This document shows positions 1-10,600 of a DNA stretch of 64,000 nt, one piece after another; within the stretch, counting starts at the first letter, position 1, and each line of letters begins with the position of its first letter. A model generated the notes under the pieces. It did not search any database. It had not been told where the DNA came from and saw nothing but the letters and a program-made list of their open reading frames with translations. This stretch comes from a virus. The DNA lies in IMG/VR virus record IMGVR_UViG_3300030430_005376, positions 64,001 to 128,000 of that record, one strand, 5' to 3'. Both the position numbers and the translations under genes were made by a program.

Positions 1-331
1 CGCCGTCAACTAGATTAAGACCTGTCCACTGAACACCATCAGTAATATCGTTAGAGCTAATAGCAAGTTCGCCTGGGGTGGTGCTTGAGGATTGGGAGAA
101 TACATAGATACCGTTTCCACTGCCGTCCTTTCCATACGCTCCATCAAGTGACGAAGAATTGTTGGGGCTTTTATCGTAAAAAGTCCATGATGTTCTATCA
201 GTGTTGGCGGCGTAACCGATGTCACCCGTACCGGAAGCTTCTCCAACAACCCAATAAGTTGCTGGAGGATTGCCATTTTTAACAGATAAAGAACCTCTTA
301 AATTTAACTGCCCTTTTAGAATTACACTCAT
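1..331 (-). CDS. Beta-propeller-type virion protein, paralog of 353..1441 (3'-truncated by window edge; absent from ORF track)
   Basis: Hand translation from ATG at 331: MSVILKGQLNLRGSLSVKNGNPPATYWVVGEASGTGDIGYAANTDRTSWTFYDKSPNNSSSLDGAYGKDGSGNGIYVF..., open to base 1, clearly homologous to the N-terminus of 353..1441; GGAG SD upstream. Confidence 0.9.
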   Translation of the reverse strand, partial: MSVILKGQLNLRGSLSVKNGNPPATYWVVGEASGTGDIGYAANTDRTSWTFYDKSPNNSSSLDGAYGKDGSGNGIYVFSQSSSTTPGELAISSNDITDGVQWTGLNLVDG

Positions 332-352
332 TTTTTATTTTCTCCAAATGTT

Positions 353-1441
353 TTATAGGGGCAAATGCTTCGATGCTGCAACCCCAAAAATAGATGTTCC
401 GGAACTGGCTGTGCCAGTGAGCATATCATCTACTGTCTGCGTGAATGTTGCTCCAGAATCTGTACTCTCATGAACATCGCCGCCGTTAGTTACTATCATC
501 CAAGTAGACCCATCTGTTGTAATATCGCGAATGAGAGCTCCGCTGTATGTTGGATTTGCTAAGTTGCTTATCGTTGTTCCGCTCACATCAATCCTTGCGA
601 TGGCAGCGACCTTATTAGATGTAATTACTGCTCGACCACTTGCGGCTGCAATGTTAGCCCGGGGTCCCGGATCGTGATCACCATCAGCCGCGGCAGGCTT
701 GGCAATGCCAAGATCAACTTCCGAACTCCATGTCGTTAGATCAGAATCAGCAGCAGTTCTAGCAAAAAGATTACTTTGCCCACTCTTAGTATATGCCACA
801 ACCCAAGTTGAGTTAGTATAAGCAACACCAGCAAGAGTTTCAAAGGTAAAAGGCTGAGATGCCGAGAATGAAGCACCATCGTCAGTGCTTATAAGCATTC
901 TATCGGACTGACCAGTTACAAACTTGCCGCTGCCATTACCTGCTATTGAGTAAAGGGCAGTATTGTCATGCGAAGGCACTGTTATTTGACTCCATGTCGA
1001 TGCGCCATTAGTGCTGCGGTATAGTCTACCGACTGTGCTACCTGCTAACCAAACACCTGATGTAGAATTCGTCGAGTCATTAGCCCAAGCAACCGCCTGC
1101 ATTTTATTAACAGTAAGATTGCTGGGAAGATCTATCTTTGTCCACAGGTTACCATCTGTAATGTCAGTGGAACTGACTGTAAGTTCTCCGCTGCTGGAAC
1201 CGTTACCGAAAACGTATATGCCGTTGCCGCTTCCGTCTTTACCATAAGCACCATCGAGCGAATTACCGTTACCAGATACTCGATTGTAAATTGTCCAAGA
1301 TGTCCTGTCGGCATTGGCTGCATAGCCGACATCGCCAGGACCGGCTGCAAATCCAACAACCCAGTAAGATGCAGGCTGATTGCCGTTACTTACGACTAGA
1401 CTCCCTCTCAAATTCAACTGCCCCTTGAGAACAAGACTCAT
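353..1441 (-). CDS. BNR/Asp-box repeat beta-propeller protein, putative virion/receptor-binding component
   Basis: Three Asp-box motifs SxDxGxT/S(W/F): YRSTNGASTW, LISTDDGASF, HESTDSGATF; Gly/Ser/Thr-rich beta composition. Confidence 0.7.
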   Translation of the reverse strand: MSLVLKGQLNLRGSLVVSNGNQPASYWVVGFAAGPGDVGYAANADRTSWTIYNRVSGNGNSLDGAYGKDGSGNGIYVFGNGSSSGELTVSSTDITDGNLWTKIDLPSNLTVNKMQAVAWANDSTNSTSGVWLAGSTVGRLYRSTNGASTWSQITVPSHDNTALYSIAGNGSGKFVTGQSDRMLISTDDGASFSASQPFTFETLAGVAYTNSTWVVAYTKSGQSNLFARTAADSDLTTWSSEVDLGIAKPAAADGDHDPGPRANIAAASGRAVITSNKVAAIARIDVSGTTISNLANPTYSGALIRDITTDGSTWMIVTNGGDVHESTDSGATFTQTVDDMLTGTASSGTSIFGVAASKHLPL

Positions 1442-1443
1442 TT

Positions 1444-2937
1444 TTACTTACCTCCAAAAGTTTTCCTCGCGTACTGCTTAAACGCATCTCTGTTTTTCTT
1501 GCTGTAAGGAAACGCCTTACCTCCAGATGTAGCACTCCTCTCACCCTTAGGTCCTTTTGTTGACATACCAAGCGGAAGAGTACCGATTGCTACAGCACCG
1601 CCTGCGCCAGAAAACTCTGTTATGTCTTCTTCTTCTGACTCTTCTTCTTTGCTATCTTCTTTTTCTTCTATTAAGTACTGCAAAGATTTGTCTCTTAGGC
1701 TTTCTTCAAAAAGACTTGTGTCACCAGGATCGGTAAAAAATAACTTTCTAATAAAATCACTTGAACCTGAATCCACTGAAGCAGAAGGTGAATCATCAGG
1801 CCCTTCTAAAGAATCTGAGTATTCTTCAGGTGAATCTGCACCTATTTCTTCTCTTGAGTCTTCTAATTCTTCTCTTCTAGATTCTATTTCTTCTTCTACT
1901 CTTTCTTCAAAAGAGAGCTCATTTCTTGGAGACTCATAGTCGTAGCTGTCGGCGCTGTCACCTGGCTGTAAAATCCTGTATCTATACACAAAATCTTCTT
2001 CTGGAATGCCGACGCCAATAGCTACTTCTTTCTGAATGTGGTAGTCTTCCATTAGATCACCCAGCAACATAATTCTTGAGATGGTTCCCATGATTAATGA
2101 CTTATTTTCTTCAACTTTTTCAGGAACAAAGTCAGAGTTAAACAACTTCATTGCCATCTTGACAACAGGGGCGACCACACCATAAAAAGAAACTCTTCTA
2201 ACAGACTTGGCTGTAAACTTTCTTCCGGCTGCAGCGATAGAGTCTACTTTTGAAAAAGTAAAGTAAGTCTTTAAGAAAGTAACTACTTTTTTATAACCGT
2301 TAACAATACTAATAAGCACGCTGGTTGCTTCGGCTGCTGGAGTAGGTTCAGGTATTAATTCTATTATTCGTTGAAAAAGATCGATAATATCTGTCATGAG
2401 TGCATCAAATATATCAGACATTTTTTCTGCTGCTTGATCGTTTGGCCTGCTTAAAAATTGACGTACAATTTCATCAGCTCTTTGTCGACCTTTTTTTATT
2501 TCATAAAGATTCTTAGCGATAAACAGCAAGCTGGTACCTGTTCCAACCGTTCTTGTAGGGTCCAGACCAGAAATTGTAGATGCTGTGAAGTCTCCAATAA
2601 GATCTATGCCTACATCACCTATGGTCGACAGCGCATCTCCTACGTCCTCATTCATTTTCATTGTATCTTGTAATGAGTATCTAGAATTCTCTACTACTAC
2701 GTCCTCATCTATTGGTTCTTCTTCAATGTCGTCTTCTAAAAGATCGTAATAATCACTTGGTACCAATGCCTGCATCCTCCTAGAAAAATTAGAATCTGCG
2801 CCTCGAGTGCCTAAGCTGCCTCTAGAGTGGGTCCCCAAGTCTTTGCCGTGGTAAAAATTACTACCTGGGCCAGGACCGCCGGCAAAAGTTCGGCGTTGAC
2901 TTCCGTAAGATTCTACTTTAGCTTTTTTATCTGCCAT
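1444..2937 (-). CDS. Hypothetical acidic protein, possibly head-internal
   Basis: 497-aa ORF; Gly-rich basic ends, helical core, long Glu/Asp tracts, several (L/I/V)xE motifs of the type cut by gp21-like proteases. Confidence 0.6.
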   Translation of the reverse strand: MADKKAKVESYGSQRRTFAGGPGPGSNFYHGKDLGTHSRGSLGTRGADSNFSRRMQALVPSDYYDLLEDDIEEEPIDEDVVVENSRYSLQDTMKMNEDVGDALSTIGDVGIDLIGDFTASTISGLDPTRTVGTGTSLLFIAKNLYEIKKGRQRADEIVRQFLSRPNDQAAEKMSDIFDALMTDIIDLFQRIIELIPEPTPAAEATSVLISIVNGYKKVVTFLKTYFTFSKVDSIAAAGRKFTAKSVRRVSFYGVVAPVVKMAMKLFNSDFVPEKVEENKSLIMGTISRIMLLGDLMEDYHIQKEVAIGVGIPEEDFVYRYRILQPGDSADSYDYESPRNELSFEERVEEEIESRREELEDSREEIGADSPEEYSDSLEGPDDSPSASVDSGSSDFIRKLFFTDPGDTSLFEESLRDKSLQYLIEEKEDSKEEESEEEDITEFSGAGGAVAIGTLPLGMSTKGPKGERSATSGGKAFPYSKKNRDAFKQYARKTFGGK

Positions 2938-2945
2938 AACATTAC

Positions 2946-4043
2946 TTAGGCACTTAGCTTTGTAACTTCTATAGGTAAAGTTAACTTTGATATGGGTTCG
3001 TAAAGTTCTTTTACATCTTTAATTTTTTCATACATTTCTTGATCGACATCAACGACCATGTCGTCATGAACTAAGTAACAGACATCTAAATTAAACTCCT
3101 CCACAAAATTTAAAAATGCCAAACTACAAAAATCCACCGCTGATGACTGAATCCATTTGTTAAGTATACTTTTGTCTGAGTGTATTGGTCTCCCGTAAAG
3201 ATTGTATATTGTGTCGCTTTTACTAAACTCTTCTTTCAACTCTGCTTCTATTTCTTCTATCTTAAAAAATTCTTTTATCTTGTCTAAAGTCTTTTTATTA
3301 CTCCCTAAAATTCTGCTTGAAGTGCTGTCTGATGCTCCGTAAAGTACTGATAAAATACCTCGTTTAAGTGTGCTTCTATCTTTTACATCTAAGTCAAGCT
3401 CAGAAGAAAGATACTCATAAATGTCTGGGTTTGATACTTCTCTTCCAATAGATCTTAAAAACAAGTTTGGTTCACAAGCTTTAAAATCTATGCTTACTAG
3501 AATATTACCATCTGTTTTTGATTTACAACTTTTACGAAACTCTTTTTTAGAAGTCAAGTAATTAAAACCTTTTTTAATTGTTGTTCTTCCAGTAACTCCT
3601 GCATGTGAGTACACGGGGACTTCTAAGTCTGTACCTTTAGAATCTTTAATTTGAGTAAGGTTTTGGTATAAAACAGATCTTTTTGGCAATATTTCTGTAT
3701 GATACGTTGTTACTTTATCTATAGAAAATCTTAAATCTTTGAGTAAGCTCTTGTCGAAATTATCACACTTTTTCTTACCTACCAACAGATCCCATCTAAC
3801 TTGCCTCTCAGTTATATTTAACTCTTCACAAAATCTATCAAAATAGAGTCTATAATCTTTTATTTTATCTAGATTTGATATAGTTCTAAAAGTGTTTATT
3901 TTACACATATCTAAATCTACACCATCATTTGAAAGTGCAACAATTTTTTGATTACCTTTTCTATTATATTCAGAAGGCAATATTAGATTCTTTGTCTTGA
4001 TTTTATCAAAGTTTCTTTTAAGCATAATCAAATATAGTGACAC
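2946..4043 (-). CDS. Truncated family-A DNA polymerase (palm/fingers core only)
   Basis: Motif A SIDFKACEP, motif B RSTLKRGILSVLYG, motif C LVHDDMVVD, plus GVTGRT; only ~360 aa. Real start may be ATG at 4025. Confidence 0.8.
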   Translation of the reverse strand: MSLYLIMLKRNFDKIKTKNLILPSEYNRKGNQKIVALSNDGVDLDMCKINTFRTISNLDKIKDYRLYFDRFCEELNITERQVRWDLLVGKKKCDNFDKSLLKDLRFSIDKVTTYHTEILPKRSVLYQNLTQIKDSKGTDLEVPVYSHAGVTGRTTIKKGFNYLTSKKEFRKSCKSKTDGNILVSIDFKACEPNLFLRSIGREVSNPDIYEYLSSELDLDVKDRSTLKRGILSVLYGASDSTSSRILGSNKKTLDKIKEFFKIEEIEAELKEEFSKSDTIYNLYGRPIHSDKSILNKWIQSSAVDFCSLAFLNFVEEFNLDVCYLVHDDMVVDVDQEMYEKIKDVKELYEPISKLTLPIEVTKLSA

Positions 4044-4079
4044 TAAAAATGCTTTTACAATCTAGTATTTCAATGAATT

Positions 4080-7000
4080 TTAAGATTGACTTTCTTCTTC
4101 AAGTGCCTTAATTTTAGAGAGAACTTTGTTTCGAGTAGACGCAACAATATTTTGGTTTGGTGCCAAAAGATTCACAGTTGTTGTAAAATCACCAGGAGTA
4201 ATTGAATGTGTAACAGTGTTTGCTTGATATAAGTTATCTAAAGAAGTTCCTGTCTTTAGATCCAAAAATAGAGTGGTCCCTCTCAGCATCATCGGGCAAC
4301 CCATCATACTTACGTTAACAGCAGTAGGAAAAAATTGAACTTCGTCAAACTGTGCCTCGTTCTCATCTACCACCTGTCTTGCAATTGTTCTTTCATATCC
4401 TTCAACTATTTGAACATTTGCTATAATCGGAGGTACATTTGAGTCAACATTAACGCTCTTGATGACGCTGCTTGAATTGCCGTGAATTATTGTTGGATAC
4501 TTAGAAGCAATCACACTCTTCCAAAAATTTCTACTATTCTTAAATTTGTCAGATAAAGTTATGTTTTGTTGCGTGGCTGGCTCCAAATCAGGTGGTTTGA
4601 TAACTTTGCCGTCTTCTCTAGACCCTAGCCCTAAAACTACTTCATCCGAGTGTGGAATGGCGCCGGCGTCGTGCACGTGTATTCTTAAAATAGTCTTATC
4701 GACAAATATTCCATCTTGATCTTCAGTAGGGATGTCATCTTTTTTTGAGTCTTTAAAGGTTTTTACTACTTCAGCAAAGGGCCCTAAAATAGAACCAAGC
4801 CCTTTTTCTTCCGCAGTTTTTTCATCAATTGCAGGCGCGACTTCAAAAAATACATCTAACCTAATAGGTTGAAAAACACCAGATCTAGCACATAATTTAA
4901 CACCATCATTTTCATATATGTGGTTTAAGTTTGCTTCAATTTGCTGAAGTGCTGCTTTTGTAATACCCTCTAGAAAGTCTTGGATAGCTTTATCTTCTTT
5001 CTCTTTTTTAACTTCTGGTGTGGCACCTGCAGTTGTTGCAGGATCAAATTTAAATTTAAACGATACACTGTCAAATGAACCAACATTATCAGAAGGAGAT
5101 GAAGGAAGAGCAGTCAAAAAAGCTATTTTTTCTTCATGTGTCATTTTTTGAAAATTAGACTTTGTTTCTTTTATAGAACCTGCTGAAATTTTCTTGCTGT
5201 CTTCTTGTAAGTCATAAGCGCTGATTGATCTATCACTTAGATAGCGTTTAAGATGATTGACAAAACCTATGGCAGACAATTTTCTACTATTTACTTTTTC
5301 TTGATCATTTTCGCCCTGTAAAGACTTGTCCAGCATGTTTTTAAAAGCTTCTGCATTTATAGGCACACTCGCTGTCGTGTGTCGTCTGGCGCCGCCAGCT
5401 TGATGGTTAACCGGATAGAAAAAGACTTGGACATCATCAAAGACACCTGCTGTTGCCATCGGCAAGGCAACAAACTTAGTAAAAAGCTTGCCTAGCGTCA
5501 CATGATAGTCACCTTCTACGGTCTCTCCAGGCTCTATTCCGGCCTTGATTTGTGAATCTCTTAAATAAAAATTTAATAACTGACCAGCACCCTGATCAAA
5601 TTTTTTGTCACCGCGCCAAACATTTTCAGTAGTGACAGTGTCCTCAAATCTAGTTGCAAGCTGAAATGGATCAGGGGTAGTTCTTAAAGTTTCCCACTTT
5701 TCTTGAAAAGCTTCGCCTTCTGTCTTAAAATAAGATAATCCTGCAGCTCCATCTTCACCGGATGTTCCGTCGATAGGTTTTCCGTTAGCGTCTATGTACC
5801 CTGTCATCGCCTTTCTAAGTGCTTCAAAGAATTTTTTTCTATCTGCGTTGCTTTCTATACTAAAATCTTTTGCTTTAATAAGCTCGTTCACAGCTTGCAG
5901 CTTGTCAAAAGTTACTAACCTAGAAGGAGATGAAAGCTTATCATTTAATACTGTAGACTTTGGACGAGTCTCAGAAGCTTTTTTAACACCTTCGCCTTGC
6001 GCAGAGTTGACCGCCAAATCAATTACTCCTGCAAAAGCACTTAGACTCTGAAATACTCCAGCTCCAGAAGAAACTCTAGGAGTGACTGAACTGCTTCCTT
6101 TCGTGATGATATCAATGGTTATGTCAACAGTGTTGTCTGCCCCAAATCCGTAAGATACATTCTTTATATTATAAGCGCTTACATTTCTTAGATTGTTTAT
6201 ATACTTTCCTACTGTATTTGTTGAAGTAAGCTTGCTGTCTGGATGTGTCCATCCGTATTCGATAACAAAGTGTGAGTTTGCAAACTCATCAACTGCCAAC
6301 ATTGGGCTTACTTGTTTAAGCCTAGACTTGTCGTGAAGCTTAAGCTTAAGAACACCGTTTCTTGTTGACAGAAGACCTCCCACACCAGCGTCTTGCTCTG
6401 TTATGTCTAGCGATATTAAAGAAAGAAAAGGCTGAAATGGATCAAGCACAGCGCGATCTGCTCGAGCTCGATCTCCGTCTTCAGTGGCAAAATCAAATCC
6501 AAAACTGCTTTCTAGAATTGAGCTAAATGTGTTGTTTTCTGAATTGTAGTTTGCGTTCACCATCGTTTGTGGTGAGGTAAATAAATTCATGTAAGAGTAA
6601 CTCTCAAATGCAGTCTCGTTTTCATCTAAACCAGACGAGTTATTTATAGGCAATGGGTTTGTAAACGTATCATTTTTGTCCTCACCGAAAAATCTCGTGT
6701 AAGACATTTTAGGATTACCCACTTGATTTGGAAAAAATCGAGCTGGATAAACAAATTTTATTTCTAAGAAAGGCTGACATCTTGACATTTCAACATCAGT
6801 TATCGCACTAAAAAATATCGGCAAGTGTTGAGACTGTCGAGAACTTGGAGAATATGCTCCTTTTCTTATCACGTGTGCTGACAAGGAAGGCGCTGAAAAT
6901 TTATCTGCTTCTCCAGCTGTTGTAGCACTGTTAAGCCCTATGCTTTCTAGAGTAGTATTCTGATTTGGGTCTGGATTTGTATCAACAAAATCTAATATGC

Positions 7001-7376
7001 TGATCAACTTCTCATCTGATGAATTTACATCAGAAGTGTCTGAGATTGTTATGTCGTCAACTGACTTACCGTTATAGCAGGAGAGAATCAGGTCGCTTCT
7101 ATGTGTTACTTCCTTAAGAGCAGCAAAATCATTTAAAAGTTTGCTCATCCCTAAAGTTGTGTGAGCACCGACTGTGCGATCAAGTATTTTAGCTGTTAGG
7201 TTATCAGTAGCTATTTTTTCTGGATCCTCTTCCGTTTTTTCACTTTCTTTTCTTACTTCAAGTGTGTACTGATTGTACATTTCTTTATCAAGCCCTGTAA
7301 TAAATTTCTTGTACTCTTCAACAGCTGACAAGAAAACTTCAAAAGCAAGGTTGTAATTTCTGATATCTCCACTCAT
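4080..7376 (-). CDS. Putative baseplate hub protein (gp27/gpD/VgrG-N-like), large
   Basis: Directly downstream of LysM gene; C-terminus VSMMGCPMML...NLYQANTVTHSITPGDFTTTVNL resembles the terminal beta-barrel of hub proteins. Confidence 0.55.
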   Translation of the reverse strand: MSGDIRNYNLAFEVFLSAVEEYKKFITGLDKEMYNQYTLEVRKESEKTEEDPEKIATDNLTAKILDRTVGAHTTLGMSKLLNDFAALKEVTHRSDLILSCYNGKSVDDITISDTSDVNSSDEKLISILDFVDTNPDPNQNTTLESIGLNSATTAGEADKFSAPSLSAHVIRKGAYSPSSRQSQHLPIFFSAITDVEMSRCQPFLEIKFVYPARFFPNQVGNPKMSYTRFFGEDKNDTFTNPLPINNSSGLDENETAFESYSYMNLFTSPQTMVNANYNSENNTFSSILESSFGFDFATEDGDRARADRAVLDPFQPFLSLISLDITEQDAGVGGLLSTRNGVLKLKLHDKSRLKQVSPMLAVDEFANSHFVIEYGWTHPDSKLTSTNTVGKYINNLRNVSAYNIKNVSYGFGADNTVDITIDIITKGSSSVTPRVSSGAGVFQSLSAFAGVIDLAVNSAQGEGVKKASETRPKSTVLNDKLSSPSRLVTFDKLQAVNELIKAKDFSIESNADRKKFFEALRKAMTGYIDANGKPIDGTSGEDGAAGLSYFKTEGEAFQEKWETLRTTPDPFQLATRFEDTVTTENVWRGDKKFDQGAGQLLNFYLRDSQIKAGIEPGETVEGDYHVTLGKLFTKFVALPMATAGVFDDVQVFFYPVNHQAGGARRHTTASVPINAEAFKNMLDKSLQGENDQEKVNSRKLSAIGFVNHLKRYLSDRSISAYDLQEDSKKISAGSIKETKSNFQKMTHEEKIAFLTALPSSPSDNVGSFDSVSFKFKFDPATTAGATPEVKKEKEDKAIQDFLEGITKAALQQIEANLNHIYENDGVKLCARSGVFQPIRLDVFFEVAPAIDEKTAEEKGLGSILGPFAEVVKTFKDSKKDDIPTEDQDGIFVDKTILRIHVHDAGAIPHSDEVVLGLGSREDGKVIKPPDLEPATQQNITLSDKFKNSRNFWKSVIASKYPTIIHGNSSSVIKSVNVDSNVPPIIANVQIVEGYERTIARQVVDENEAQFDEVQFFPTAVNVSMMGCPMMLRGTTLFLDLKTGTSLDNLYQANTVTHSITPGDFTTTVNLLAPNQNIVASTRNKVLSKIKALEEESQS

Positions 7377-7663
7377 ATTATCACGCCTATGGCAGCTTCA
7401 AGACTTACAGGAATTCTAACAAGAGTTCCAGCTGGAACCTGCAAGCCCCAACCGATGCCGCTTGCAGCAGCAATCACCCACCAGTAAGCACCGTCGCCGT
7501 AATTTTCACCAGCTAACTGATCAAGTCTTCGGCCTTCTTCTAGAACAATATTCTTTGTTTTAATTGTGCCGTTCGAAGCCGCTCTAAATATTAAAAAATT
7601 TGCATTGCTAATAGACACACCTTCAGGTATTCTTCGAGCAAAATTATATCTTGAAATTGCCAT
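7373..7663 (-). CDS. LysM-domain baseplate protein (P2 gpX / T4 gp53-like)
   Basis: VLEEGRRLDQLAGENYGDGAYWWVIAAASGI...VPAGTLVRIP is a LysM/gpX signature; position between tube initiator and hub. Confidence 0.85.
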   Translation of the reverse strand: MAISRYNFARRIPEGVSISNANFLIFRAASNGTIKTKNIVLEEGRRLDQLAGENYGDGAYWWVIAAASGIGWGLQVPAGTLVRIPVSLEAAIGVII

Positions 7664-10600
7664 TATTTCTTACCTTTTTTATCGCCTAAGACGCGATGCT
7701 GATTTCCTGATTTATAAATACCAGTCTTTCCGGCTTTTCTAAAGTTAATTTCAGATTCTGATATTGCCTCCTCGTACGGATCACCAGCAACACTTCTCAT
7801 TATCTCGCCAACGTTGTAAAGCGGTGCTCTGTTGTATCCTGTGTGATCGATACCTGGCGGTATATCGTGTATGACGTCAAACTGAAATGTTATATCGCAA
7901 CCAATTGGAGCGCGAGCATTAAAATCTGTTTCCCAAGGAATATTATCTTCTAACCAGTTGAACGAGATATTTTTCATGACACCTGCTAAACCTCTACCCC
8001 TGGTTGTCTCAAAAGCTTTTGTAAAAGGGTTGACTTCAGGTCTCATAAATGTAGATTCTTTGTTTTCTATTAGAAGATTCACAAAACTTGTTGCAAAGTT
8101 GATTGTACCATTTAAAGCCTCAGGGGCGCTACCATCTCCAAATGCTGATCTCGCAGCGAGCGACAAAGCGCCGGCGGCATCTAGTGAACCAGCGCCGAAG
8201 ATAATACCAGCGAGTGAAGAACTAAAAGTCCTGAGTGGGCTGTTTAGAATTGACTCATGACTTACTATTAAGACTTTGTCAAATAAGGCATCCCCTGCTG
8301 TTTTATCTTTAACTTTAGCTCTGTAGAAAATCTTTCCGTCTGTATTGTTTATTGTTTTATCCACATCTACAATTAAGCGCTTTGTGGTAAAATAATTTTT
8401 ACCGTCATCTTCGCAGAAATAACCGTCTATGAAATTTGGATTTAGATAGTTAAAACCTTTTTTAAACTTAGCACCAGCATTCTCTCCAGATACGTTTGGG
8501 TCTTTAAGCACATTTATGATCTGACTGGTTAGAAGCGGGTTAGCGTATCCGTTTACAAGAACTGTGGCAAGAGCTGAAGCAGCAGCATCTGATGCTCCTA
8601 GCGCCGCTGCTCTCCCTAGCACACTGTCGATTCCTTGCGCATCTACCGAAAGAAGCTCAATTAACCCTTGAGGAGAGCCTAAAACAGCAGCAAAAAGCAA
8701 GATCACTGCTTCTTTAATTGCATCCACTACCTTAAAGAAGCCTTGCCCAGCAAATTCAGTTTGTAAGTTAATAAATTGATCAGAAATAACTTTTGCACTG
8801 ACTTCTGGATCTCCAATACCAAAAGTTCTGGCTAAATTAAATCTAGAATAGTTTGATTTAATAATGTCACCGACTCTAAGTCTAATTACTGGAGAAGCAC
8901 CGACAACTTGCGTAAAGGGCTGATAGAATTGTGACTCATCTGAGAGACTGCCTACAAAAGTTCCTTTCGTCCATTGTGGGTAAAGAAGTGTGACTAACTT
9001 ATTTATTTTATACCACATCTCATCAAAATCTTCTCTGTTGGTTGCGTAAACTGTGAAGCCGAGTTGCAAAGACCTGGTTGTTCCTTGGTAAGTCTGGACA
9101 GGATCCATTCTACCAAACGACCTTGTCTGCCCATATGAGGGGGTAATAGTGTCAGATAATTGTTTCAAAAACGCGTGGAAAGCAATAATTTCGTTTGTTC
9201 TTAGGTCGTGAAAGTAGAACGGAACATACTCGGAGTCAAGCCTATCTTCGATAATCTTAACCACTCTGTTTGGTATTCTTGCATTTGTTCCGTTTGTGTC
9301 TAGACCCGTGTAAGTATTTCTAACCATTCTGCTTCCGAGCATACCATGCATCGGGTTTTGTCCTGAAAAAGTATTGTTTAGCAGTTGAACTGATCTGATT
9401 ATATTCAAGGGTAATAAATAAGTTGATGGGACGCTGCTTTGCTCCCAAGCTAGAGTCGTTTCGCTTCCCATTGTTGGATTAGAATCAGGCTGCTTACCTA
9501 TTCTACTTTTTCCTACGCGATGACCTGGAAGATTTGGCAATGAGTCTGGATCTCTAACTAAATCTACATTTTTCCTATCATCTTGCTTAACAGCATTTTT
9601 CGAATGCAGACTTTTTTCTCCAATAGTAGCGATCACGTTTATGACTCTTAAAATCTTGTCATTTTCATTTAGTATTTTTGAGATGGCAATTTTTTCAGAT
9701 TCGGTGTCACCGTTGTTTGGTGCACCTACGTTTTCTAAACTCTCAGTAAAACTGTTAACAGAGTTTAAGATAGAATTAGACACTGCGTGCCAGAAGCCTG
9801 GGGCGTCTGAAAAATCTAACCTGCGTTCTTGTCTTCCTTTGCTTGTAGAATTTTTAGTCAGATTAGTCTCTGACAAGTCTTGATCTTCTTTGTTTCCAAA
9901 CATTGATAGAAGACCTTCATTAAAACAGTCAAGGTAGTTAAAGTCTGTGACACTTAACACGTTTGTTAAAAAATAATTTTTTGCTACAAATCGTGTTGAT
10001 TTTCTACTTTGGCCTAATATGAGCTTACCAGCTTGTGCCTTGTCTGTCAAAGTAGCAATTTTAGGTATACTCTCAGAAATACTTTTAAACTCTGCTACAT
10101 TTAATTCTTCTGTTATGGTTTCAAATAGTGTTTTTGCTGCGCTGACGACTGCAATTAGCCTAAAAGCAGTTTTTAATCTCTGTGCTCTAGAGTAATCTCC
10201 AAATCTAATTGCACTGTTGTAGCTAGAACCAAATGAGGAAGAATTTTTAGAATTTTCTTCTTCATAGTCTAAGTTTATACCTGTACCGGCTCTTACTGAT
10301 TCTTCTCCGAAAGAAGCACCTAGCGCAGGAAAACCTGTTGCGTTCATACTTAATAATCGAGTCATTACCTTTTTTTGAACATCTCGAGCTTCTTCTAAAT
10401 CTCCTGCAGCAATGTTTTGAAGTGTTGATTCCACAAATGACAAGTCACCACCTGGCACGTCTCTCACGTCATACCCAGTAGCCCTAAGTAGTAAAGATGA
10501 TCCAATATTTTTTAGCTGATCAAAAGAAACGTCTGTAGTAATTCTTTGGTCTCTTCTTCCGTCGTTGCCTACATCTGGCCCTGAATAGCCAGGTATTGTC

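Noticed and set aside
10-282. Track ORFs 10..276 (-) and 85..282 (+)
   Set aside because: Off-frame shadows; the real gene is the minus-strand frame starting at 331, identified by paralogy to 353..1441.
1622-1939. Ser-rich plus-strand ORF
   Set aside because: Antisense mirror of the Glu-rich (GAA) tract of 1444..2937.
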